A DNA stretch of 30,212 nt from a virus. Its lineage: Duplodnaviria > Caudoviricetes. Shown here in pieces: positions 6,924 through 14,716 of the stretch. Numbering within the stretch: position 1 is the stretch's first letter; every line of letters begins with the position of its first letter. Location: the IMG/VR virus record IMGVR_UViG_3300008459_000250, positions 1 to 30,212 of that record. One strand, 5' to 3'. Position numbers and translations under genes: made by a program. Below the pieces are notes generated by a model that made no database searches, was not told where the DNA came from, and worked only from the letters and a program-made list of their open reading frames with translations.

Positions 6924-7283
6924 ATGTTAACAGTAACAATTTCAATCGGAGCACTTTTAGCAGTAGGTGTTTTGGCTTATTTCAACTATGAGAATAAGAA
7001 AGAAGCTGCGGACTACAAAGCTAAATTCGAATCTACTAGAGATTTTGCGGAAGAATCGGCTAAGACTATTCTTAAACTTGAGCAAAGAGGTAAAGACCTT
7101 TCAAGCAGCATTATCATGCTAAAAGCCGAAGTAGCTGCATTACAAGCAACTAAGGTTGTAAAACAAGAAACAGCAAACAAACCTGTGAATCCTCAAATCA
7201 CTGACGCTGTAACAGCAAATACTCCAAACAAGATGAATGGCAAGAAAAGAGGTCCAAAGCCAAATCGTCACAACAATAAGTAA
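6924..7283 (+). CDS. Membrane-anchored coiled-coil protein with basic C-terminus
   Basis: N-terminal TM (LTVTISIGALLAVGVLAYF), heptad-like middle, KKRGPKPNR tail; A-rich translation start. Confidence 0.7.
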   Translation: MLTVTISIGALLAVGVLAYFNYENKKEAADYKAKFESTRDFAEESAKTILKLEQRGKDLSSSIIMLKAEVAALQATKVVKQETANKPVNPQITDAVTANTPNKMNGKKRGPKPNRHNNK

Positions 7284-7286
7284 TAA

Positions 7287-7709
7287 ATGGGATGTTTTGA
7301 GAGTCTAGTTAAATCAAAGTTTTTAGCTAACGTCTCAAGCGAATTGAGTTTGGCTCGTCAGGCAATACGCTCGATGAGCCAAACCTTATTCCCGTCAATT
7401 TACTACGCAGATAAGCGTGATCAGAAAGCTCTTTACGATGAATATGTGTTTCAATACTATATAATCGAAGAGATACGAGATACGCTGAATGAGTCTGTGG
7501 ATCCGGATATGATTTACTTTTTACAGTATGATCATATGATGTGTTTATACAGCCTCAAAAAGAGTCAAGTAACCGATGCTACAATGTATAACTATAATAT
7601 ACATGGCTACATTCCAATTTATAGAGGTCGTCATAGGGTAGACGGCTTCACAATGTACACAGTTCTCTTTGACACTAGAATGTCACACATACCCTTCTCT
7701 CCAAATTAG
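7287..7709 (+). CDS. Hypothetical protein
   Basis: Co-oriented, 3 nt after the upstream stop; no recognisable motif. Confidence 0.65.
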   Translation: MGCFESLVKSKFLANVSSELSLARQAIRSMSQTLFPSIYYADKRDQKALYDEYVFQYYIIEEIRDTLNESVDPDMIYFLQYDHMMCLYSLKKSQVTDATMYNYNIHGYIPIYRGRHRVDGFTMYTVLFDTRMSHIPFSPN

Positions 7710-7763
7710 CGTTGGATTTCTCTTTTTTTATTTGTATGGTTATACTTAGTAGAAAGTTACTTT

Positions 7764-8186
7764 ATGAGCAAAACATTAGAATGTAAAGTCTGCGGTACAT
7801 TTGTACATAACGTCGGTGATAGCGTTGTAGCTATTACTTGCCACGAATGTGTTTCAGATATGATGAGACAGTATGATGAACCGTTAAAGAAGAGACAAGT
7901 TGCAGCTCAAGGTTATCCAAAGGGATGGCGCTTTATGAAGCAATTTGTACACGCAAATGGTACAGTCTACTTCAAGGGTGTAGAACAACCTGATCTGAAA
8001 GGGAAGTATGATGCTACACCAATAGTTGTTAAGCCTAAGAAGTCAAAAGCTCAGAAAGCTCAAGAAAAAGCTGATGCAATGAAGCGTTACTCAGAACTAA
8101 AGAAACTCTTGAAGAAAGAAACTCGTAAAGGAGCTACTAAGAAAATTGAAAGTGAATTAAAAAGGTTACAAAAACAAATATCATGA
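7764..8186 (+). CDS. Putative Zn-finger (CxxC...CxxC) protein with Lys-rich helical C-terminus
   Basis: CKVC and CHEC motifs; very basic C-terminal third. Confidence 0.65.
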   Translation: MSKTLECKVCGTFVHNVGDSVVAITCHECVSDMMRQYDEPLKKRQVAAQGYPKGWRFMKQFVHANGTVYFKGVEQPDLKGKYDATPIVVKPKKSKAQKAQEKADAMKRYSELKKLLKKETRKGATKKIESELKRLQKQIS

Positions 8187-8938
8187 ATCTAACAGCAGAA
8201 CAGTTACAGCAAAACTACGATGAGCTTATTGGCTATATCGATAGTTACATCAAAGGAGATAGAAAAGAATCTCTAAAACAATTATATACAGATCACGCAG
8301 AGCGTCTTATGCTTATGCCTGCATCTAGTATTGATCACCACCACAATGCATTCCCAGGTGGTTATGTGGATCACGTTAATCGTGTTATCAAGTGTGCTTT
8401 AAGTTTGAAAGAGTTATGGTCATCTATGGGTGCCTATATTAACTACTCAGAAGAGGAGTTAGTGTTTGCAGCAATGAATCACGACTTAGGTAAAATTGGT
8501 ACAGAAGAAGCTGAGCAGTACATTCCAAATGACTCTGATTGGCATCGCAAGAATTTAGGTAGAATGTATAAGTACAATCCTGAAAATGCATTTATGCCAG
8601 TACCCGATAGAAGTTTATTCTTATTACAGCAGAGAGGTATTTCAGTAAGCTTTAATGAGTATGTTGCTATCAAGACACATGATGGATTGTATGATGAGGG
8701 TAATCGTCCTTACTACATCTCTAATAGTCGTGAGTCTAAGTTGAGATCAAATTTACCAATCTTACTACATCACGCTGATCATATGGCATCACGTATTGAG
8801 TTTGAGATGTGGGATAGAAATAACGAAGGCTCTTCAAAACCAATAACATCTGAAAAGAGAAAGCCAACAATTCCAACCGATATGTCAGAATCTCAAAAAG
8901 ACGATCTGATGAATGTATTTAACAACTTATTCAAATAA
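8183..8938 (+). CDS. HD-domain phosphohydrolase, YhaM/Cbf1-like
   Basis: PASSIDHHHNAFPGGYVDHV, NHDLGKIG, IKTHDG and LLHHADHMAS follow the YhaM-type HD pattern; no N-terminal OB fold is evident. Confidence 0.82.
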   Translation: MNLTAEQLQQNYDELIGYIDSYIKGDRKESLKQLYTDHAERLMLMPASSIDHHHNAFPGGYVDHVNRVIKCALSLKELWSSMGAYINYSEEELVFAAMNHDLGKIGTEEAEQYIPNDSDWHRKNLGRMYKYNPENAFMPVPDRSLFLLQQRGISVSFNEYVAIKTHDGLYDEGNRPYYISNSRESKLRSNLPILLHHADHMASRIEFEMWDRNNEGSSKPITSEKRKPTIPTDMSESQKDDLMNVFNNLFK

Positions 8939-8943
8939 TAAAC

Positions 8944-9258
8944 ATGGTTACAGCAGTTATAGTATTCCTACTGATCCTGGTAGGTATTCTGGGTTATTTA
9001 ACTTATATTAACTATAAGCGCGCAGAAAAAGCTGAAGACTACTGCGAAGCTTATGTTAGATTTATCTCGGCGTTGTATTTTCGCTTTTACGATACTAGAG
9101 ATCGTATGAAGGAAATAGATAGACTTGGAGCTTTCCAAGCTGATGATGAGGTGGGTGTAATATTTAGAGAATTAGACGAATCAATCGAAAACCTTTATGA
9201 TTTCATTACAAAGTATGTCAACACAGAAACCGAAGAAGACAAGAAAGCCAAAGACTAA
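8944..9258 (+). CDS. Single-pass membrane protein
   Basis: N-terminal hydrophobic helix VTAVIVFLLILVGILGYLTYI. Confidence 0.7.
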   Translation: MVTAVIVFLLILVGILGYLTYINYKRAEKAEDYCEAYVRFISALYFRFYDTRDRMKEIDRLGAFQADDEVGVIFRELDESIENLYDFITKYVNTETEEDKKAKD

Positions 9259-9940
9259 GCGATTATATTTCGGACCTGAAGTTGATATTAGCATCGTTAA
9301 ATACAATAGTACAGAAGACGATTTTGAGCGCAGCTTAATTTACCAGAACGAAATAAAAGCAGCTTTTGAAAAATTAGTAGAAAACATTATTCACACTTTT
9401 AAATTCTACTACACGGATGGGCAAACTATCCAACAAATGCAACACGAAGTGGTTAGCTTCTTAGTAGAGAAGCTTCCTAAGTTTAAGCAGAATAATGGAA
9501 AAGCGTTTAGTTATTTTAGTATTGTTGCTAAAAACTATTGCATTCTCAAAAACAAAAACAACTATAAGAAGTTAACCAGTCACGATCGTATTGACTTATC
9601 TTCAGAAATTAATTTAGAGGCTATTCCAGATTCAGAAGATCATGAAGCTAATCTGATTGAGTTTGTTGATAAGTTTGTTAATTACTGGGACGATAATTTA
9701 GAATCAATATTCAGTAAAAAGAATGATCGAATATTAGCTGGAGCTATTGTAGAGTTGTTTCGTAAAAGAGAAAAGATTGAGTTATTCAATAAGAAAGCTT
9801 TATACATCTACATACGAGAAATGACTGATGCAAATACTCAGCAAATAACGAAGATGGTTAAGATTATGAAGGATAAGTATAAAGCTATGTATATGGATTA
9901 TCTGACTTATGGATCAATCCAAAAAGATAGGTTGTACTAA
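9215..9940 (+). CDS. Phage RNA polymerase sigma factor, T4 gp55-like (late transcription)
   Basis: Sigma region-2-like segment KLVENIIHTFKFY...EVVSFLVEKLPKF...GKAFSYFSIVAKNYCI; located just upstream of the structural cluster. ATG 9215 is preferred; 9197 is an alternative. Confidence 0.7.
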   Translation: MSTQKPKKTRKPKTKRLYFGPEVDISIVKYNSTEDDFERSLIYQNEIKAAFEKLVENIIHTFKFYYTDGQTIQQMQHEVVSFLVEKLPKFKQNNGKAFSYFSIVAKNYCILKNKNNYKKLTSHDRIDLSSEINLEAIPDSEDHEANLIEFVDKFVNYWDDNLESIFSKKNDRILAGAIVELFRKREKIELFNKKALYIYIREMTDANTQQITKMVKIMKDKYKAMYMDYLTYGSIQKDRLY

Positions 9941-10188
9941 TGTTAGTAGTATTCTCAAAGGAAAAGTTGCAGTCAGTATTAGAAGAAGAAATCAAATGTT
10001 GGGAAAGCGTTAGTGGTGGTCCAAACCTTAACGCTTTTTCTTTTGATCCAAAAACAACTGACCCACAACAGCTTAAGGATCTTGGTTATTATGAAGATCG
10101 AGAAGCTTGGATTGCAGGAGCTCGTATAAAGGAGTTACGAGCGTTTATAGCCGAGTTGGATGAACTTCCTCAATTCACAGGCAGATAA
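9940..10188 (+). CDS. Hypothetical protein
   Basis: TAATG coupling with the sigma gene. Confidence 0.65.
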   Translation: MLVVFSKEKLQSVLEEEIKCWESVSGGPNLNAFSFDPKTTDPQQLKDLGYYEDREAWIAGARIKELRAFIAELDELPQFTGR

Positions 10189-10205
10189 CAATTTGCCTTT
10201 CTAGC

Positions 10206-10219
10206 TATTTATTAGAAAC
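10206..10219 (+). promoter_or_regulatory. Putative late promoter TATTTATTAGAAAC
   Basis: 14 bp identical to 24675-24688; heads the baseplate cluster. Confidence 0.6.
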
Positions 10220-10225
10220 AAGTTT

Positions 10226-10570
10226 ATGGATAAGGATAGTTTACTGTTTGATGATAAGTCCTTTAGCGACTTACTCAGAGATGTGTACAACAACACAAAG
10301 AAGAAAGAAACACAGATCAATGGTCTTATCGATCAGCTTAAGCCATTGATTAAGAATATGACTGATGCATCTTTAATGGTACCTCTTATCAAGGAGTACT
10401 TAGAGATATCGGTTAAGAATGATGATAACCTAGTGAGATTGACAGCAATCATTCAGCGTCTACTTGTTGTAGGAGCTAAATCTGAGAAAGGCGATGAGTT
10501 AGGTTTATCTGAAGCAGAACGCGCACAATTGTTACAAGAAGCACAAACAATATTAGACGAAACTAAGTAA
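10226..10570 (+). CDS. Helical hypothetical protein, first gene of the baseplate cluster
   Basis: Amphipathic helices; coupled (TAATG) to the gp5-like gene. Confidence 0.7.
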   Translation: MDKDSLLFDDKSFSDLLRDVYNNTKKKETQINGLIDQLKPLIKNMTDASLMVPLIKEYLEISVKNDDNLVRLTAIIQRLLVVGAKSEKGDELGLSEAERAQLLQEAQTILDETK

Positions 10571-11574
10571 TGTCATTCTTTAAAGATTTAGGCGGATTAT
10601 ATACTGGTCACCAGACAGGAAGGGAAAACGGCTTACAACAGCTAAAAACCTTTCCGGGTCATGTTATGGAGGTTTGTATGGATAGTAATTCGCCAATGTA
10701 CGAATCTACTAGAGATGTTGGTAAAATTAAGTTTCGCGACTTAGTAACTGAATACAATAGATCGGAGGATCTTGTTGTTAAGGTTGCATATCCGTTAGAT
10801 AGATCAATTGCTCGATATCCATATCCAGGTGAGGAAGTAATCATTTATAGAGCTTTCGGAGAAACTACATCACCACTGACTAGAACGATGGTCAACATCT
10901 ACTTCTATTCATTTGTTGTGAGTGCACTCCATAACCCATCATTCAATGCTCATCCATTTATTGGAACGGATAAGTATCACATAGATAAGTCCAATCCGTT
11001 TATATCATACGATACAGCAAAGAAGCGTTTTGATAAACGTATTAAAGAGATTGGTTCTGTAAAGGAGAATGGTGATAAGATTAAAGTCTATAAGCAGCTA
11101 CAACCTTATGAGGGAGACTTTATTCTTCAAGGTCGTTTTGGTAATTCAATCCGCTTTGGATCAACATCACAAAAGGAAGACAATGCTTGGAAGCAATCTG
11201 GCTTGAATGGTGATGGTATAATGGTTCTGCGAGTTGATAGAGATAGTACGACTAACGAAAAGGATATGCTTGTAGCTGAGGATATCAATAAAGATGATGC
11301 ATCAATATATTTCTGTACAGCACAAAAGGTTGAATTAGAATTGGCATGCTCACCAGCATTAAAGACTTGGATATATAACTTTGATGTTCCTGATAAAGGA
11401 TCTAAGGAGATGGAAAAACTTCTTAATAGAGATTCTGATACATCCGGTCTATGGCAAAAAGCTGTTGAGAGTAATAAGCCGGTTGACGAAGCGTATCAAA
11501 CACCTAAGAGTGATGGAGTACCTTTAGAACCAACACCAACAACTCCAGCACCAAACACAACAACGCAACAATAA
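10570..11574 (+). CDS. Baseplate hub/central spike, gp5/VgrG-like N-terminal part (OB-fold + start of beta-helix)
   Basis: GHVMEV...GKIKF...AYPL...YPYPGEEVII (gp5 OB-fold-like) and QPYEGDFILQGRFGNSIRFGST; lies upstream of gp25/gp6. Confidence 0.65.
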   Translation: MSFFKDLGGLYTGHQTGRENGLQQLKTFPGHVMEVCMDSNSPMYESTRDVGKIKFRDLVTEYNRSEDLVVKVAYPLDRSIARYPYPGEEVIIYRAFGETTSPLTRTMVNIYFYSFVVSALHNPSFNAHPFIGTDKYHIDKSNPFISYDTAKKRFDKRIKEIGSVKENGDKIKVYKQLQPYEGDFILQGRFGNSIRFGSTSQKEDNAWKQSGLNGDGIMVLRVDRDSTTNEKDMLVAEDINKDDASIYFCTAQKVELELACSPALKTWIYNFDVPDKGSKEMEKLLNRDSDTSGLWQKAVESNKPVDEAYQTPKSDGVPLEPTPTTPAPNTTTQQ

Positions 11575-11575
11575 C

Positions 11576-12505
11576 ATGGCAGATTATACTACACCACCTT
11601 CAGTTAGCCCATCACTAAAAAGTGATCTAGACTCTTTCGTAAGTGTCGTGAATGCCAATGCACCAGCGATACAAGAAAAATTATTATTTAAAGGTATCCA
11701 GAACTCAGGGGTGACTCCTAAGGTTAGTCTACCACCACTAATTCAATTGGTTAATAAGTTGTTGATACCAACTGTATTGCGTTGGGAGGGTACTTGGGCA
11801 GATCATCCAAAAGATAGTGGAGGTGCTACTATGAGAGGTGTAACTCTTAACACATTTAAAAATAGTTTCGACTATCTGTTTATTAATACAGAGGTACCAC
11901 AAGTTAAGACTGCAGCACAGGCATTGAATAAAAAACACACCAACTGGAAAAACGATAATGCAAAAGCAAAACAATTTTTGTATACAATTTGCAGTAGTGA
12001 ATTGGTGATGGCAATATTCTTCTCAGGATACTTGTCAAATGAAAATCTTAGATATCCAATAGCTGTCATGGCCGAGGATCCTTTTTTAGGATACTTTCTT
12101 GCTAATGCGTGTTGGTGGACTGGTGGATCAGTATACGATACATCACACTTTGACGATACGGCTAAGAAGATGGGATGGAGTGGTAATGAATCTAAGTGGG
12201 CGTCATGGATACAAAGCTTAGGAAACAAAACGCCAGAACTTACAACAAAGTTCTTAGTATCGAGATGTAACCGACTACTAGCAATCACTAGTGATAAAGG
12301 TAGTCCTGGACCCGACTTTAGAAAGGGTTTTATGAATAGAATGCTAAACGATGAAAAGGATTCAGATTTGATGGTGCTTGTAAAGGTTAATGAATTGTTT
12401 AATCTCAATGCAGGAAACACGTTTCAATTAACTCCTGCAGAACTTGAGCATTTAAAAATTAAAGCTGAAATCTATAAAACCCTATCAATAGAATTTCCGG
12501 TATAA
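11576..12505 (+). CDS. GH108-family lysozyme-like protein (putative tail-associated muramidase)
   Basis: VLRWEGTWADHPKDSGGATMRGVT matches the GH108 EGGxxxHPxDxGGxTxxGIT motif; C-terminal FRKGFMNR resembles the PG_binding_3 FxxGWxNR motif. Confidence 0.8.
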   Translation: MADYTTPPSVSPSLKSDLDSFVSVVNANAPAIQEKLLFKGIQNSGVTPKVSLPPLIQLVNKLLIPTVLRWEGTWADHPKDSGGATMRGVTLNTFKNSFDYLFINTEVPQVKTAAQALNKKHTNWKNDNAKAKQFLYTICSSELVMAIFFSGYLSNENLRYPIAVMAEDPFLGYFLANACWWTGGSVYDTSHFDDTAKKMGWSGNESKWASWIQSLGNKTPELTTKFLVSRCNRLLAITSDKGSPGPDFRKGFMNRMLNDEKDSDLMVLVKVNELFNLNAGNTFQLTPAELEHLKIKAEIYKTLSIEFPV

Positions 12506-13407
12506 TGAAAGTAACGTACGATCAACTCAAACAGAAGCTTAGTAGTGCTGGTGGATTAACTTCACCAAACGAAGGTGGTGTGCCTCCTGGTACACCCGTC
12601 ACTGGTACGTTTACTGGTACTGTGACAATTGATGTACCACAGCTACCCAAGATAGAGTTTCCAATGGAGGATTATACATACTCCTCAAATTTGGAATCAG
12701 GAGCTGCTCAAGATATTAATAAACTACTAGGCTTGTCTGGTAACGCAGGAGGTAGAAAAAACAACTATGCAGGAAGTCAAATATTAATCAATTCGGATCG
12801 AGTTATTTTAAACTCTAAGAGTGATTATTTAATGTTGTTTGGACAATCTGGTGTAGCAATTTCATCGCCAGGTAATGTTAATATCGATGCGGGTGATGGA
12901 GTTACTTTGTATGGTGAGGACGGTGTATTTCTGGGTGTACCAGGAAAGGGTGATACAAAAGATAAAAATACAAAACCACCAAAAAATAAAGCGCAAGCTA
13001 CTTTAGATAATGAATACGAACCGGTAGTGTTAGGTACAAAATTGGCAAACCTTATTGAGGATTTGCTTGTTATACTCAAGAACGCTACACTACTAACTCC
13101 AGTTGGTAAGGGTTATTTTAGAGAGGATGTAATGTATGAGTTTGCATCACTACAAGCTCGTATTCCAGAAATACTGAGTACGTTTGCTTTTGTAGATGGT
13201 ATTAGTCACGAGGGTGTTGATCCAGAACCAGAAGCTCCTAAGACGGTAACCGAACCGCCAACAACATTGGTTGGTACTGTGACTGGAACATTTACTGGTA
13301 CAACTGGCGCTGTGGATCCAAACGCACCTTCAAACGTGGTGACAAACCCACTAGCAGATCAACCAGACTTTTTTGAAGCAGAATCTTTATACGGAGACAC
13401 ACTATAA
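12505..13407 (+). CDS. gp5-like spike C-terminal beta-helix protein
   Basis: Short alternating beta repeats SQILINSDRVILNSKSDYLMLFGQSGVAISSPGNVNIDAGDGVTLYG, then EPVVLGTKL; VTGTFTGT occurs twice. Confidence 0.6.
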   Translation: MKVTYDQLKQKLSSAGGLTSPNEGGVPPGTPVTGTFTGTVTIDVPQLPKIEFPMEDYTYSSNLESGAAQDINKLLGLSGNAGGRKNNYAGSQILINSDRVILNSKSDYLMLFGQSGVAISSPGNVNIDAGDGVTLYGEDGVFLGVPGKGDTKDKNTKPPKNKAQATLDNEYEPVVLGTKLANLIEDLLVILKNATLLTPVGKGYFREDVMYEFASLQARIPEILSTFAFVDGISHEGVDPEPEAPKTVTEPPTTLVGTVTGTFTGTTGAVDPNAPSNVVTNPLADQPDFFEAESLYGDTL

Positions 13408-13408
13408 T

Positions 13409-14716
13409 ATGGCAAGTTTAAAAGATAGAGTATACCAAATACAACAAGCAATCGTATTACAAGAAGCATACGATAAATACCAACTTTTAGCAGGAGCTCT
13501 GCAAGTAGATAAGGGTATTGCATTGAGCTTGGATCAAAGCTATATGTCAAAGTTTGATGTTGCAGATGAGTTACGTAAATTTGTAAAAGACAAAACAAAC
13601 AAACCACCTGCAGAGATTAAACCATTACTTGATCCAGCAAAAACTATTACGGATATTGTGAAGGAAGGTAATTTTGATAAGTTGCAAGACTATCTAAACA
13701 ACTTATCGGCAGCAGAGTATGAGCCACCAATCCAATCACCATTCAAATCAGCTAGCGGTGTTGATGTCATTCCATTACCAAACAAGACTACACAAGACCC
13801 AAGACGAACAGGTCGTGTAATAAAACCAGGCCCGGTAGATGTATTAAAGGGTACAGAAATACAAAAGTGGTTAATTAATAATAGTGTGTTATATGGGTTT
13901 GTTCCATATGCAGACAACGCATTGTATTACATAGGTGTTGATCAAATTAAAAACCAACTAAAGTCGGCTGGAGATAAAGAAGCAGAGCTAAAGAAGATTG
14001 TGGGTAAGTTTCTTAAAAACGCAAGTGCTTTATCACAATTATCACTCACAGCTCAGAAGGTTATTGAAAATAAATTACCAGATGCTAGCAACTTCCCAGA
14101 TCCAGGTAACTTAGAGGCTATACCAAATCACAACGTACAAAATAACTCAGGCAAAATACTAGACCTAGTTGTTATTGGTGGTCAGGCTGTATGGCGTCCA
14201 GTTGCACTAGCATTCCTAGCTATGCAAGCTGATGCTAAAAAGTCAGGTATAAACTTAAAAATCAATTCAGGCTTCAGACCAGCATTTGGTAAAAATGCAA
14301 AAGTCGTAAGTTCTAAGGGTAATACAATTACACTAACAACGCAAGAAACACTTCGTCGAGATAAGAGTAGATGGGTTGGTAGAAGTGGCTTTAGTGGGTC
14401 GGATGAGGACTTCGTGTTCAAAGCGGGATCTAGTAAGTATAGTGCAGCAACTGCACCTCCAGGATCATCAAACCACGGTAGTGGTATTGCTATCGACTTA
14501 AACATTGGTGGTCGTGATAATTTTCAACCACTTAACACAGCCAATTATGTTTGGTGTTGCAAAAATGCTCATAGGTTTGGGTTTGTGCGTACTGTGGGTA
14601 GTGAGGAATGGCATTGGGAGTACTTACCAGAAAAAGCAAAACTTGGACCATACGCCGTACTCAAAACTAAAACTAAATTCTACGCCGATCTTGGATTGAC
14701 TAATTTGACTGTGTAA
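13409..14716 (+). CDS. Peptidase M15 (VanY/D-Ala-D-Ala carboxypeptidase-like) domain protein
   Basis: INSGFR...AAxAPPGSSNHGSGIAIDL...NAHRFGF...EEWHWEY (SxH...D, ExWH zinc ligands). ATG 13409 follows the upstream stop and is preferred over TTG 13373. Confidence 0.85.
   Translation: MASLKDRVYQIQQAIVLQEAYDKYQLLAGALQVDKGIALSLDQSYMSKFDVADELRKFVKDKTNKPPAEIKPLLDPAKTITDIVKEGNFDKLQDYLNNLSAAEYEPPIQSPFKSASGVDVIPLPNKTTQDPRRTGRVIKPGPVDVLKGTEIQKWLINNSVLYGFVPYADNALYYIGVDQIKNQLKSAGDKEAELKKIVGKFLKNASALSQLSLTAQKVIENKLPDASNFPDPGNLEAIPNHNVQNNSGKILDLVVIGGQAVWRPVALAFLAMQADAKKSGINLKINSGFRPAFGKNAKVVSSKGNTITLTTQETLRRDKSRWVGRSGFSGSDEDFVFKAGSSKYSAATAPPGSSNHGSGIAIDLNIGGRDNFQPLNTANYVWCCKNAHRFGFVRTVGSEEWHWEYLPEKAKLGPYAVLKTKTKFYADLGLTNLTV

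Noticed and set aside
6924-7283. Inner-membrane spanin call
   Set aside because: The TM + coiled-coil layout fits, but no overlapping or adjacent lipoprotein (o-spanin) with a lipobox was found and it is not next to the endolysin.
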